A DNA stretch of 64,000 nt, from NCBI GenBank assembly GCA_963745035.1, contig CAVUVW010000002.1, forward strand, positions 128,001 to 192,000. Direction: 5' to 3'. The stretch is from an uncultured delta proteobacterium. GTDB lineage: Bacteria > Desulfobacterota > Binatia > UBA9968. The notes under the pieces were generated by a model. It saw only the letters and a program-made list of their open reading frames with translations. It was not told the origin of the DNA and made no database searches. Both the position numbers and the translations under genes were made by a program. This document shows, in pieces, positions 1 to 13,636 of this stretch (positions are counted from its first letter, which is position 1; each line of letters begins with the position of its first letter).

Positions 1-3000
1 GCGCGATACATCCAACCCGCCGAGCCCGTGTACCAGGTCCAGCCGCCGCGGCCGACGTGCGGCGGCTCGGAATAAATATCGGCGACGACGACGTAGGGCT
101 CGACTTTGTACCGGGAAACGCCGGCGCGCGTATTCGCGTGATTGATCGGGTTCAAGAGCGAGAAAATCTCAAATGCCTTGTCGCCTTCGCGGAGTGCCGC
201 GAAAGCGATAACGGACCAGATCGCCGCATGAGTATATTGGCCGCCGTTTTCACGGATGCCGGGCGGGTACCCTTTGATGTAGCCGGGGTCGGGATTGGCT
301 TGGTCAAACGGCGGGCTGAACAGAAGCATGAGACCCTCGGCGCGGCGCAGGAGATGTTTCTCAGCGGCCGCCATGGCACGCACTCCACGGGCCCGCTCTG
401 CGGCGCCGGAAATGATCCCCCAGGATTGGGCGATTGAATCGATGCGGCATTCGGCGTTCCCGGCGGAGCCGAGCGGCGTGCCGTCATCGAAGTAAGCGCG
501 CCGATACCATTCGCCGTCCCAACCTTCTCGTTCCAGCGCGGCTTTTAGCGCGCTGACATGCAGTCGCCACTTCTCAGCGCGCTGGTGCTCGCCACGGGTA
601 TCGGCCAGCCGGGCAAATTCCCAGAGTACCGTGTGAAGAAACCAAGCAAGCCAGACACTCTCGCCTTTTCCTGCGGCCCCGACCAGGTTCATCCCATCGT
701 TCCAGTCTCCCGTGCCAATCAGCGGGAGCCCGTGGCTTCCCACCCCGAGACTGCGATCGAGCGCGCGCGCGCAGTGCTCGAACAAGGTCCCGCTTTGCGC
801 GGACACGCGCGGCTCGAAATAAAAATCTTCCTGCCCCGCCGCGAGCGCAGGCCCGTCGAGAAAGGGAACGACCTCCTCGAGAACTCCGAAATCGGTAGTG
901 ACTTCCAGGTATTGAATGACCACATAGGGCAACCAGAGCAGATCATCGGAGACCCGGGTGCGCACGCCGCGGCCTGATGGAGGATGCCACCAATGCTGCA
1001 CATCTCCTTCGACGAATTGACGCGCGGCGGCGCGCAGCAACTGCGCCCGCGCAACATCTCGTTGCGCAATCATCAGTGCCATGACGTCTTGAAGCTGATC
1101 GCGAAAGCCGTACGCGCCGCCCGCCTGATAAAACGCCGAGCGCGACCAGACGCGGCAAGCGAGTGTCTGATAGAGCAGCCAACGATTGAGCATGAAGTTC
1201 ATCGCCCGATCGGGGGTTTTCAGCTGCACTGTGCCGAGAACGTCATTCCAGTACTTGGTGACCGCGCGCAGGACCTCTTCAAGATCGGCGCCGCGGTAAA
1301 GCGCAACCAATGTTCGCTCTTCTTCCACGCTCGCCGCCTCCCGAGAAAAAAAACGATCTCGGCGCGATCCCCCGCACGCAGCTCGACCTTCGTTTGCAGA
1401 GCAGCGCACGGATCCAGGCCGGCGCCCACTTTACCGGACAGGCGATCTCCTCGTTCGAGACATGCCGGATGATCGGCTGTCCCGTTGCGACCGAGAAACT
1501 CGGTCCGATCGCTGGTCCACTCGGTTTGGCGCCCGCCTAAATCGGCAAACGCGACTCGGCCGGCGAACTCGCTGTTCCAAGCATTGCGCGCGAGCATCGC
1601 CCCAGTTTCCTCGTCCATCTCGGTGACAACGAAGGGAGCGGACCTACTCCGTGAAACGCCGAGAACCCAGTCGACATACGCGGTCACTGAGAGAGTTCTG
1701 GACCGACCGGAGTGATTCTTGATAGTGAGCCGAGAGATTTTAATTGGGTCCTTGAGCGGTACGAACTGGAGGAGCTCGAGGAAAACGCCGTGTGACTCGT
1801 GCTCGAAGCGACTGTACCCCTGGCCGTGTCGGGCGATATAAGGCCAAGTTTCCTCGCGGATCGGCAGCACCGTCGGGGTCCACAACTCGCCAGTGTCTTC
1901 ATCGCGCACATATATCGTCTCGCCGGGCGGGTCGGTGACCGGATCATTCGACCACGGAGTGAGCTGGTTCTCCCGGCTGTTTAACGACCAGGTGTAACCC
2001 GAGCCCGACTCGGAGACTTGAAAGCCAAAAGAAGGATTCGCGATCACGTTGATCCAGGGCGCCGGCGTCCATTGGCCCTCGCCGAGAATCGTCACGTATT
2101 CATCGCCGTCGGTGGTGAAGCCGCCCAGGCCATTGAAGAACTCGAGTTGCGGCCGCGGCGGCAAATCATCGGTTGCCTTCATTGCGGGCGAGCGCCGTGG
2201 CGCCGACAACGCGGGCTTTTGCGCTCGTTGCTGACGTTCTACTTGCTCGGCCAGAGTGCCCCGGCGGCTCAAAAGCACGGCTCGGGCCGCGCTCTGGAGC
2301 AGCGTGCGCTCCTCGGCCGAGATGAGATCTCCCCTGAGAATAAACACGCCGCCGAACGATCCCGGACCCTCGTGCTGCACACGCGATTGGCTGGCCCGCA
2401 CTTGGGCCTCCAACGCTTCCTGAAGGTTTTGCGCATAGGATGCGCCCTGTTCGTTCAAGATCACGAGATCGACCGCCAACTGCTTGATGCGCCAATATTC
2501 GTGGGCGCGGAGCAATTGCCGAACAATATTCTGGTCTTCAGTTTCATCGATGCGAACGAGCACGATTGGCAGGTCGCCGGAGATCCCGTGTCGCCAGAGT
2601 CCCGAAGGCCCCAGGTCATTACCCGTCAGCACCGCAGATGACGGCCGCAATGCCGGGTCCGAGTACAAGATCCGGCTGGCTAACTCTTGAAATAGGTAGG
2701 CTTCATCGACCTCGATACCGAGATGACGCAACTGCACCTGCGCTTGCGTCCAGGCGAGGGTCGCCGCCCGCTCAAAGGTTGCTGGATTATTATATTCGTC
2801 GGCCAAAGCGAGCGCCTGATCGCGCGATGATGCAATGAGCGTCGAGAACGTGACGCGCGCGGAAGCGCCCGGTCCAAGCCTTACACAACGTCTAAGGCTC
2901 ATAATCGGGTCGAGCACCGTCCCAGCGGTTTTCGAGAGCGGGTGGCCGTCGATCACCGACATCGGCGTGCGGATGCCGCGACCGCGGCCGAGAAAGCGCA

Positions 3001-6000
3001 CGCGGTCGGTCTCGTATTCCGTCTCACCGACGGTTTCTCCTTCGGCGACCACCACGTGCACCGCCCAAATCTGCGGCTCGCCGTGCGATCGTGGCCGGCG
3101 GGTCGCCAGCACAGCGCCGAGGTCGGCAACATACTCCGTCTGTACAAACAGATTTGAAAAAGCCGGATGGGCCGCGTCCGCCGCCGGCGTCGCCAAGACG
3201 ATCTCCGCGTACGAGGTCAGCTCAATTTCGCGCGTTCGTGCTCCGAGATTGGTGATCGACACCCGGCGCACCTCGGCATCGTGCTCGGGCGAAACCACGA
3301 TTTCTAGAGTGCTAGCGATCGCGCCATCGCGCCGCCGAATCTCCACGCGATCTTCGGAAAAAGCCACGTCATAAGCATCCGGTTCGACGCCGCTTGGCTG
3401 ATAGGCCGCCGACCAAACGCGTCCGGAAGATCTATCGCGCAGGAAAAAATACGTGCCATAGGCGTCGCGCGTGCGGTCCTCGCGCCACCGCGTAACCGCA
3501 AGGTTGCGCCAATGGCTGTATCCGGAACCCGCCGTCGTAATCATTGCCGCATAACGCCCGTTGGAGAGGATATGAACAGCGGGAGCCGGATCGTACGGCG
3601 AGTTGAATCGACGAAGCACCGGAGGAACGAGATCGCGGACGTTCGCGACGGCTCGCACTTCCTCGACCCTCGGCCGGGTTATCAAGACGTTGCGCGGTGT
3701 GCGTTCCTGCAGCAGCAACTCCGTGGCTTGCATGCGCGGCTCAGCGTGAAAACGCGCGCGCATGACGCCATCGTGGAGGACATTGGCGAGGGCGACGAGC
3801 GACATTCCCTGGTGATGCGCCATATAAGCATGCACAACCCCGACCGCTTGATTCTCGGGAAGGCGAGTGGCGGTATAATCAAGTGCCTCGTAAAAGCCAT
3901 ATCGACCCTGCGCGCCGGCGGCGGCAAGACGCGAGAAATTCTCTGCCGCCGCTTTCGGATCAATCATCGCCGCCAGCGCCGTGGCGTAAGGCGCGACGAC
4001 CACATCTTCGCTCAAGCCGCGTTTGAGACCCAATCCCGGCACGCCAAAATTCGAGTACTGGTAGGTTAGCTGCAAATCGCGGGCGTTGTAGGCCGACTCC
4101 GAGACTCCCCAGGGAACGCCCCGCTCGGCTCCATACTTCTTCTGACGGCGGACGACGAAAAGACATGTCTGGCCGAGCAGACTCTCGGACGGTGAATGCA
4201 TCACCAGCATCGGCATAAGGTACTCGAACATCGACCCGGACCAGGAAACCAGTGCAGAGCCGCGATCGACGGGCGTCAAAGCGCGGCCGAGGTGGAACCA
4301 ATGTGACGAAGGGACGTCCCCCTTGGCGATGGCGACGAAGCTTGTAAGTCGCGCCTCCGAGGCCAACAGATCGTAACAACTTGGATCGAGACTGTGGTCG
4401 GGAACGCGATAGCCGATCGAGAAGAGTTTACGGGTCGAATCGAACAGGAAGCCAAATTCCATTTCTTCGAATAGCGTTTCGGTGAGCCGCACAAGCGTCG
4501 AAAGGCGGCGCCGCAGTGCCACGCAACCGGCGGCAGACCGTGCGAGCCCCTCGATAACCATATCGATTCGACCAACGGTGCCGCTCGGTGCGGTGTTTTC
4601 CGGCGCCGAGCGTTCGCGCAACGGCGTGAGTTCGGATAGGACGTCATCGTAGCGCTCCGGCGCATCACCTAGAGTGGGTATGGAAAGCAAAGATCTCTCC
4701 ACCGTCGAAACCAAATGATGTCCGGCAATTTCGCTGCGACCTAACAAAGCACTGCCGAAGACAGCCTCAGCCCAGGGCATTGCCGTGTGAAAATCGCGCG
4801 CGTGACTCGCGATCCCCGCACGCACAGCTTCGGCCCAAGCAAGCAACTCCACATCGGCGCCGTAATCCTGCTCCGCCGTCAATGTGCGCGCGATGTCGGT
4901 CATAGTTTGAGCCCGGCTCTCGAGTTCCTCGAGGCGCTGGAGCCACTCGTCTGGAATCTTAGGAATCGGGCGGAGCACGGCGGTCAGAGCATCGATGGCT
5001 TCATCCAACTGTTTCCGAGTAACGGTTTGAGTGCGCCGGTCGTCGGCAATCTCGCGCCTGGATTGACGGAGCAACACAATGGCGTCGGCAATCCCTGAGA
5101 GCACGCGCGGGCCAAGCAGCGGTCGATCGAGGATCTCCCGGCAGGCCTGTCCAAGCGCGATAAGGTGGCCGGCGAGGTTTCCGCTATCGACCGAAGATAT
5201 ATATTTGGGATCGAGGGGGCGGAGGTCTCGCGTATCATACCAGTTGTAGAAGTGGCCTCGGAACCGCTCGAGTCCGTTCATGGTTGCGAGCGTCGCTTCC
5301 AGCCGTTCGATGGCATCCACCGTGCCGATCCACCCGAAATCATGTGCGGCGACGATGGAGAGCAGATACAGCCCGAGGTTGGTGGGCGAGGTGCGATGGG
5401 CTACGACTGGCGTCGGCTCTTCCTGAAAATTATCCGGCGGAAGCGCGTGATCTTCAGGCCCAACAAATTTCTCAAAAAATAGCCAAGTCCGGCGCGCGGT
5501 TAACCGCAGCGTACGAGCCTCGCGTTCGGAAAGGGGTTCAGCTACAGCCTCTCGCGCCGGCAGGCTGATCCAATAAGCCACTAGAGGCGACAGCACCCAG
5601 AGAAGCGTGAACGGCACCGCAACCGGCCACACCGCCGGCGCGCGCAACACAACAAAAATACCCGCGGCAGTGGCTAGAATAACCGCGGGCATCATTCGCC
5701 GATAGGAGTTTGTTAGGCTATGATCCGAATCGATTTTCGCTTCCGCTGCTGTCACCCACTCCAGCAGCCTACGTCGTGTCCCATAGACGCGCGCGACGGT
5801 CCGCACAATCGCATCGGCCATCAGCCGTGCTTGATCGGCGAGGAGTATAATGGTCAATACGATATGCGATAGGGCGAGAGCCAGGTCTGTGGCGACCGCC
5901 CGCGCGTAGCTGCGTTTTGAAATTCCGCGGCGGCGCGGGATTGCGCCGATCAATACGTATAGCAGCGGAGGAATAGCGATGCATCCGAGTACGAATGCGG

Positions 6001-8557
6001 TCCATCTCAAAGGCGAAGCGAACGGCAGAGACCAACCGGCTATTAAGGCCAAAAAAGCCGCCGGTGCGAACAGGGCGCGCCGCAGATTGTCGAGCATTTT
6101 CCACCGACCGATGAGCGGAATCGAGACGCGAACAGGAGCGCCCTTCGTGCGTCCGATGATCCACGGCAGCAATTGCCAATCACCGCGAACCCAACGGTGT
6201 TGGCGCACCCGGGCGACCTCGTAACGCGACGGAAACTCCTCGAAGAACTCGATATCCGTGACAAGCCCAGCGCGCGCAAAAATTCCTTCAAAGAGGTCAT
6301 GACTCAATAGAGCATTCTCTGGGACTCTTCCCTCGAGCGCAGCCTCGAATGCGTCGACATCGTAGATTCCTTTGCCGATGTAGGAACCTTCGCCGAAAAG
6401 ATCCTGATAAACGTCCGAAACGGCAGAGGCATATGGATCAATACCGGCCGGTCCCGAGGAAATCCGTTGGAAGAGAGAACCCTCCCGATCGGTCGGCAAT
6501 GTCGGTGTAACGCGCGGTTGAAGCAGCGCATAGCCCTCAACGACTCGGCCGACCCTAGGATCAAACCTGGGCCGATTGAGGGGATGCGCCATGGTGCCGA
6601 CCAATTTGCAGGCTGTCCCCCTGGGCATTCGCGTGTCGGCATCAAGCGTAATGACGTAGCGAATACCCGCGGGCACGGTAGGATTTTTGCCGTCGGCCGC
6701 GATGAACGTGGTATCCGTGGCTCCACGCAATAAGCGATTCAGTTCATGAAGCTTTCCACGCTTGCGTTCCCACCCGATCCAACTTTGCTCGCTCTCATTC
6801 CAGCCGCGCCGCCGATGAAAAAGAAAAAAACGCGCGTTTCCGTCCGATGCGGGTCCCTGGCGACGGTTCAATTCATCGATGCCCTTGACTGCTGCCTCCA
6901 GCAAATCGTCGTCTCTCGGCATAGTTTCGTGCGGTGCGTCGATCCAATCGGTAACCAGCGCGAAACGGAGGTTGTCATCTGGATTTGCTAGGTGATGCAC
7001 TTCCAGGCGCTCTAGCTGCTTCGCAACCTGAGTCTGGTCAATCAGCAGCGTGGGAATGGCAACCAGGGTCCGTAAATCCACGGGTAGCCCATCAAGTAAC
7101 GCAAGCCTCGGCAGCACCCGTGGTCCTAGCAGCTCCGTGACCTCTCGATTTACTAATGCGATCGCCAGATCTGAAGCCGGCACGAGAGCGAGAAGCCCGG
7201 CGAGCAACAGACCGATAACCCCAGCCTCTGCTGCACCCGAGGTAAACAAGAACAAGGCCAGAATGATGCCGCTGACGATCGCGATAGTTGCGAGGTACCG
7301 CGATGTGGCATTCGTCACATAGGCGCGGCGCAGCCACGTCTTGACCGGCATGCGAAAGCCAAGTTCTTGCTCGAAGGGAATGCGGCCGTTCCCTATAAGG
7401 TAGTATCCCGGATAGCCGCGAGGGTCCGCCGTTGAGTCGCTGGCCTTCTCGGCTTGGGCCAAAAAATATTTCGCTTTATAGACCGCACGCCGGGCGACTT
7501 CACGCTCGTCGTGTGGTGAGCAGCGCGACAGGTCTTCGACCGCACGCCGGTAACGATCGCGTGTCGCGAAGTCCGGCGCGGCAAAACCGGAATCGCCCCA
7601 GAGTATGGCGTCCACAAGACTCACGCTCTCGAAGAATTCGGCCCAATCGAAAGCGGAAATCAGGCGCATGCTCGTAATCACGTTGCGTACGGTCACGTTC
7701 AACGCTGCCTGACGCTGGTGTTCGTGCCTGACGATCTCGGTCGTGGGGCCTTCCGCCGCCAGGCGTTGCTCGAGCCACTGAAGAGCAGGCGTTATTGCAG
7801 GGTCCTGATCGCGTAGACGTTGGACGAGCTGCACGGCAAACGCAGGCGCCAGCGGGCCGCCCTCGAACTGCCGCAGGATCGTTGCCGCGGGTTCCATCGA
7901 ACGGTTGGCCAGCTCCAGCAGTCGGTCGGCAAGCGCATCAGCCTCTTGCCGTGCGGACCGGTCATGCACAACGCGCTCCGCCAAGCGGCGCAGGTTTTCC
8001 ACCAAAACAATGCGCACCGTGATCGCTACCGCCCAAAGCTCGCCGATAGTCAATGGCTGGACGCGCTGGTAAGCACGCACGAAGCGGCGCAATATTTCCG
8101 GGTCAAACCTGCTGTCGGTGTGGGCAACAAACGCCCACGCCAGACCATAGACGCGGGGAAATCCGTCGAGTGGACCGTCGGCCAACTTGGGCAGGCCTCG
8201 ATAGTAACGGGGTGGAAGGTCGTCATGAATTTCGCGCAGCTGTTCGTCGACAATGTGGTAATTGTCGACGAGCCATTCCGCCGCCGGTGTGATGGCGCGC
8301 TCCTGACGCATCGCCCGGGAAATGGCGCGATACGATTCAAGCAGCACGCGGCCATTGTCGACCACGCGCGGCAAGAGCGGACGCCCCTTGCGCGGAGTCT
8401 CCGTCACACGCTGCGCCAATGCGAGGGATTCGGCGTGCTGCTCGAGACGCTCGGCGCTGAACAGTTCGGCCCGAATGGGATCTTCGAGTCGCGGCAGGGC
8501 AATGGCTTGTGACGTTTTTTTTCGGACTCGTAGAGCCTGCGGTATTGCCGAATTCAA
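1..8557 (-). CDS. ndvB: Cyclic beta-1,2-glucan synthase (NdvB/Cgs type: synthase, glucoamylase-like and GH94 phosphorylase domains); frameshift near 1340; continues past the left edge
   Basis: 2445-aa ORF with EWLVDNY, WERKRGKL, SHDLFEG, RWVRGDWQ, TSPTNLG and SWSGSMFEYLMP motifs. After EIVFFLG another frame gives the GH94 C-terminus (AFYQAGGAYGFRDQLQD). Confidence 0.93.
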
Positions 8558-8951
8558 TCCATACCTCTACACGATCGTGTTGCAGGGCGCACAACCAAGT
8601 TAGCAAGTTCAATCAGCAGGAGAAATACGTGCGTCGCGCACGGAACAAAAAATGCCGACAAGCAAGCGTGGGCCGTAAAATGAAACAGGAAAAGCGCACT
8701 GGGACTCACCGAGCCGATAAGGCAGCCCTGGAAGAGCGTTGGCTTGGCTCGCTCGTGGCGTGAATCTTACTGATCGTTAGGGAACGTGAGGCGGATTGGT
8801 CGGGAATGGAACGTCTCAGTATCGAAGACGGTGGGATCCATCGCTGTGCGGCGACAGCGTTGCTCGGCGAGCGCATGAGCCAGCCTCGAAGCTCATCCTT
8901 GCCGCGCACCGGCTGATTGATGAGCCCGCTCGTCGATTTCACCGCATCATT

Positions 8952-9251
8952 CTAGCCGCCCAAATTTTCACGCTTGTCTTCCTGATACGTCCGCTTTTCG
9001 GCTTCCGTGTCGGCCTTGGGCGAATCCTCAGGCGGGCCGACAAAATCTTTAACCCTTTTTGCGATCTCATCGGCAGCTTCGCGCAGCTTGGCCGCCTGAT
9101 GATTCAGATAATCAAGACTTTTTCTGCTGCGCTCGCGAACCAAATCGCGCGTCTCTTTACGCGCCAGCAGCGCAGCGAACAGCGCGATGCCTGCGCCAAG
9201 GCCGATGCCGAATAGAAGGGAAGTAAATCGGTCAGATTCTCTGGTTCTCAT
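8952..9251 (-). CDS. YtxH-like small membrane-anchored protein
   Basis: FGIGLGAGIALF hydrophobic start followed by a charged helix (KETRDLVRERS); AGGAG RBS upstream. Confidence 0.7.
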   Translation of the reverse strand: MRTRESDRFTSLLFGIGLGAGIALFAALLARKETRDLVRERSRKSLDYLNHQAAKLREAADEIAKRVKDFVGPPEDSPKADTEAEKRTYQEDKRENLGG

Positions 9252-9344
9252 GGTTTCAATCTCCTTGTCATTCTTTGCTGCACGACGCTGTCTCTAGACT
9301 TATGAATGAAAACAAGCAACCGGTACCGATACAAGAGGCGCCCG

Positions 9345-11355
9345 TTATTTGCTTTGGATCGCCTGCTTGACTATGGTCAGAACTTCCTCGCCAAGATAGG
9401 GCTTTTGAAGCACGCCGGTCAGTTCCCCACTGGCGACGCGCGATTCGGCTTCGGCGGACACATAACCGCTGGCGAGGATTCCTTTCAGCTTCGGATTGAT
9501 TTTTCTCATCCGTTGAAAAGCTTCCCACCCACTCAGCTTTCCCAAGCGCGAATCAAGCACCGCTAGCGTGATCTCGTCTCGGTGCCGATCATGCACTTCC
9601 ACCGCTTCGACTCCGTTTTGCGCCGTCAAGACTTTGAATCCTTCCTTTTCCAGCAGCCGTTGCATCAAACCGGAGAGCCTGGCATCGTCCTCGGCATAGA
9701 GAATCGTCTCACGCTGCGGCGACTCGATCTTCTATTTTGTTTTGCGCCAAAGCAGGGGTTATGTCCTCTGCCGCGGCCTCGTCTCCTGGAATCGGCAGAT
9801 AAATATGAAAGGTCGAACCGCGGCCGGGTTCACTGGTTACCTCGATGAAGCCCGCATGTTCACTGACGATATCGTGAACTATTGACAGTCCGAGACCGGT
9901 CCCTTGGTCCGGCTTCTTAGTGGTAAAATAGGATTCAAAGACGCGACTCCTGACGTCTGCCTCCATGCCAACGCCGGTATCCGCGACGCTGATGTAGACA
10001 TATTGCTCTGCTCCGGCTTCGGGAAAATGCTGGCGCAGCACGGCACCTGCAATGATTCGAGTCTGCAAAACAATTTTCCCGCCGTCCGGCATCGCGTCCC
10101 GCGCGTTGATGCAGAGATTGAGGATGCTCTGATATATGAAACCGGCATCGATCATAATCATCGGCACACGCGGACCGAGATCTGCGGCGATGACAACGGC
10201 CGCCGGAAACAGCGGAGTCAATGATCGAGTCGTTCGTAGGAGCAAATCATTGATATCCGCAAGTTCGAACTTTGCCTCCGTCTTTCGCCCAGCCGTAAGC
10301 AGTTGCCGCGCCAGCGCCACGCCCTCCTCGACGGTTACCCTGATCACCTCGGCGTTCTCGACAACCCTCTGTTGCTCGCCCGGATGGCTCATGATCAGTG
10401 CCGCATAGGCCTGGATCACATTTAAGATGTTGTTGAAATCGTGCGCTATGCCGGCCGTCAGCTTACCTATCCGTGAAGTCATTTCTGAATGCGGTAGTTG
10501 CTTGTGAAAATCCTTGCCGTCTTCGATAAATCTCACGAGATCGGCGTTCGCCTTGATTAAGTCCGCGGTTTTTTCCGAGATTCGGGCCTGCAACTCTCTA
10601 TTGAGCTGCTGCAGCTGTTCTTCCACCTTCGTCCTGCTATCGATGTTACCCTTCAACGCCTCGTTGACGGCGGCTAAGTCCAGGACGTGTTGCCGTTCGT
10701 TTCTGGCTGCGGCTTCGGCGCCGACCCGTGCTTGCCATAGTTGCCATGAGGCCGACGCGAACTGACCCAATGTCTTGATGATCCGCTCATCTTCCTGATC
10801 GAATTTCCGGCGCTCGTCATGGGCGACGACCCACACCGTGCCGATCGGTTTCTGCGCTACGTGAAACGGGATGAGCAAGGCCTCGACGACGGGCGGTTCC
10901 GATTTTAGCGCCGGGAAAACGCGCTCCGCCATATACATGAGCTGAGTTGCGTTGCGATCGATCGTGGTACCGCAAGGACTTGCGTCTCTAGGCATCGTAG
11001 CGTTGAGGCGGCCGCTGAACACTCCCGCCAGCGCCTCCCAGCGGAACACCTCCGCGCCATCCTGTCGCTCCAACAGGCTGATCCCGGCCGTATCGGCACG
11101 GCAAAGTTGCAAGGCCGTTTCGGCCAGCCTTTGCAAGATCATATCGGGCGCATCAGCGAGGGTCTGCGCCAAAGCGATCAAAGCGTGATTTTCGGCTTCA
11201 TAGTCGGGCTCTCTGGAAGGCCTATTTAGAAGCTGGGAATTGATGACGACGTCTTTCAATCCCACTTCGGAAAATGGCAATGGGTTTAAATCCATATGGC
11301 CCTCCGTTCGGGATTTCTCCGTGATAAACAACAGCTCTTTGTTCAAAAAACTCAA
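9345..11355 (-). CDS. GAF-domain hybrid sensor histidine kinase with C-terminal receiver; frameshift near 9720
   Basis: GAF region, H-box AHDFNN, N-box NLCINARDAM, G-boxes DTGVG/GTGLGL. The receiver (ETILYAEDD...AVLD...KPY) continues in another frame. Confidence 0.88.
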
Positions 11356-11382
11356 TTTTACTGGTCTCCTAATTAAAAACTC

Positions 11383-11398
11383 TGTCTAAAATTGAACA
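11383..11398. promoter_or_regulatory. Candidate Crp/Fnr-type operator, copy 1 (TGTCT-AAAATT-GAACA)
   Basis: 16-bp TGT-N10-ACA site just upstream of the kinase gene; near-identical copies at 11691 and 13637. Confidence 0.5.
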
Positions 11399-11690
11399 AA
11401 TCGGCGAAAAAATTGGCGACGATTTGAAGCTTGCACTTGAAGCGTTGTTGTTGCCGCGCATCGTGCAGCCTCAAGACTGTTTTTCCTTCATCGTCCGAAC
11501 GAGCTCGGCGAAGGAGGAGCGGGCGATGATGCGATCGAACGGGAGCGGTAGTTACCGACTACGCTGATGTCCTCGATCACCAGATCGTAGATTTTTAATC
11601 GACAAGGAGAACCAGTTTCGGCGATGCGCAACCGCAAGACCTTAGCTTACTTTGTTTTCGGTGAGCTTAATTGAATGACCGCTGGGTTAC

Positions 11691-11706
11691 CGTCTAATAT
11701 TGAACA
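11691..11706. promoter_or_regulatory. Candidate Crp/Fnr-type operator, copy 2 (CGTCT-AATATT-GAACA)
   Basis: 14/16 identical to copy 1; intergenic. Confidence 0.45.
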
Positions 11707-11877
11707 CTTGTGAAAGAAGTTTGGCATAAACACCAGGTTACACGGCGAACCGTTCAATGTCCCGTCCCTAAACTCCTGGCAAATCCAGAGTTGCGACTTA
11801 AGATCCCGAATCAAACTCTCGAACGGGGCGATGCCCTTTAAAGCTCAAGAAACAACGTGCACACTCCTAAACATTCC

Positions 11878-12120
11878 ATGACCGACCAATTTCCGGGGAT
11901 GCAGCGCAGCCGGCAAGCTGATGCCACGCTTGCGCGCCTCCCTACCGAACTCGTCGACCGGCTGACAAGGCCGTTTGCACAGTTCTTGCGCGTCGAGGCC
12001 GCAAGCGGCGTCTTGCTGTTGCTATCCACCGTCGCCGCTATAGTCCTTTAGAACTCTCCATGGGGCCCCGACTTTTTGAAGACTTGGAACATTCCGGTTG
12101 GTTTTCAAATAGGCTCCTGA
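11878..12120 (+). pseudogene. nhaA: N-terminal remnant of Na+/H+ antiporter NhaA
   Basis: RPFAQFLRVEAASGVLLLLSTVAAIVL*NSPW matches the NhaA start. It has an in-frame TAG and the rest of the gene is absent. Confidence 0.75.
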
Positions 12121-12308
12121 AGTTCGCCCACTCATTGACACCCTCAATGCGGATGGATGAGCCACCTTTCACGGACCGCTAGACAACGTTTCGCACGGCG
12201 ACTGTCCTTAACGGGGAAAAATTGCATTCCTGAGAGCCGCCCTTTAAAGCCTAACGAACAAAGTGCATACTTGAACGTATCGCCGTACTGATCGTAGGGA
12301 GGCAAGTC

Positions 12309-12782
12309 ATGATCAAACGCATTATCGGTCCGGACACTATGGACTTATCGTCCGGCGGAGAGCGATGGTTAAATCTAGATACGTTAGCGCAGGTGGAGGT
12401 AACCTCGGAGGACGCGGCATATCCGGTGGAAATGGGATTGCTACCGCCAAGCAAATCCGGTTGGCGAGCCGCACAGCCGGGACCGCAGACCGTGCGTCTC
12501 GTTTTTGACAAACCGCAGAGAATTAAGCATGTGCAATTGCGGTTTCACGAAGATGAGTCGCCCCGCACTCAACAGTTTGTGTTGCGTTGGTCCGCAAACG
12601 GCGGGCGTACCTATCGTGAAATTGTCCGCCAGCAATACAATTTCAGTCCTCCCGACACGACGGACGAGCGCGAGGATTATACTCTTGATCTTGACGCCGT
12701 GACCAATCTTGAACTGAGCATCGTTCCGGACATCAGCGGCGGATCTGCCCGCGCCTCGCTCGCGCAGTTACGCCTGGCGTGA
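12309..12782 (+). CDS. Galactose-binding-like (discoidin/F5-8) fold protein
   Basis: VEVTSE...GWRAAQPGPQTVRLVFDKPQRIKHVQLRF pattern; GGGAGG RBS. Confidence 0.65.
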   Translation: MIKRIIGPDTMDLSSGGERWLNLDTLAQVEVTSEDAAYPVEMGLLPPSKSGWRAAQPGPQTVRLVFDKPQRIKHVQLRFHEDESPRTQQFVLRWSANGGRTYREIVRQQYNFSPPDTTDEREDYTLDLDAVTNLELSIVPDISGGSARASLAQLRLA

Positions 12783-12871
12783 GTACTGGAGGGCTTTCGC
12801 CTGATAAAGAAAATAAGTATGGGATGATCCATCGGGTGGCCCGCAAGCGGGGCACGGTCTCCGGCTGAGCC

Positions 12872-13138
12872 ATGAATAATAGCGTTAAAATACCGCAACG
12901 CAATTCCACTGCACGTTTTGCCAAGCTCGTAGCAACCTCACGCGAGCTTGCAAAAAAGTCGGACGGGCTTCGCCGCAAGAGCGAGAGCCTGCTGATTTAC
13001 TCCGGGCAACTCAGACTGGATTCCCAAAGCTTAGTCGCCGTTGCGGCTTCAACTTCGAGCATCTCAGACAGGGACGCCGTCCTCTTACGCGAAAGGCAAA
13101 ACTTTGCATTGGGGGACCCTTCGCCTATCTCGCGTTAG
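12872..13138 (+). CDS. Small hypothetical protein
   Basis: 88-aa ORF filling the intergenic space, with helical character; no family recognised. Confidence 0.3.
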   Translation: MNNSVKIPQRNSTARFAKLVATSRELAKKSDGLRRKSESLLIYSGQLRLDSQSLVAVAASTSSISDRDAVLLRERQNFALGDPSPISR

Positions 13139-13140
13139 TT

Positions 13141-13485
13141 CTAGCTCTTTTTCGCGTTTTCAACTTTAGCAAAACAACGCTCGATAAAGGCTCCTAACGG
13201 CCCTCCCGCTTGACGCCGCAAAATCTCAGCGAGGTCGCCCTTATTGAGCCAGATTCCTTCGCAACTTTCACAACGTTCGACAACAACGCCCTTGACTGTG
13301 TGCTGCGCCAGATTGCCAAGGCACTTTGGACAAGTCGCCATCAGCGCTTGTCGTTTGGTGGCGTCGGCCCTCTGATGCTCGCTCTTCATCCGTTCGACCA
13401 GTTCATGTTCGTGCACGGCAAAATAGCTGTCTTCATTGGTGCGCTCGTCGAAGGGTTCGCCGGGGCGATTGGTTTCGTTCTTCAT
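13141..13485 (-). CDS. Zinc-ribbon (zf-TFIIB-like) protein
   Basis: NEDSYF N-terminus, CPKC...CESCEGIWLNKGDL; AGGAGG RBS. Confidence 0.8.
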   Translation of the reverse strand: MKNETNRPGEPFDERTNEDSYFAVHEHELVERMKSEHQRADATKRQALMATCPKCLGNLAQHTVKGVVVERCESCEGIWLNKGDLAEILRRQAGGPLGAFIERCFAKVENAKKS

Positions 13486-13636
13486 GAATTGGCCTCCTGA
13501 ATTTCGCGTTCACGCTCGAAGCACTTGGATTACCTAGGGCTTTCGACCGGAGTCAATTTACAAATGGCTGCTTCAGCCAAACCGTCGTCTTTCCTCTCAA
13601 TAGTAACCAGCGGCGGCGCGATTCAAAAACGCAGAT

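Noticed and set aside
12049-12051. In-frame TAG in nhaA as pyrrolysine readthrough
   Set aside because: A second stop follows within ~23 codons and the rest of the gene is missing
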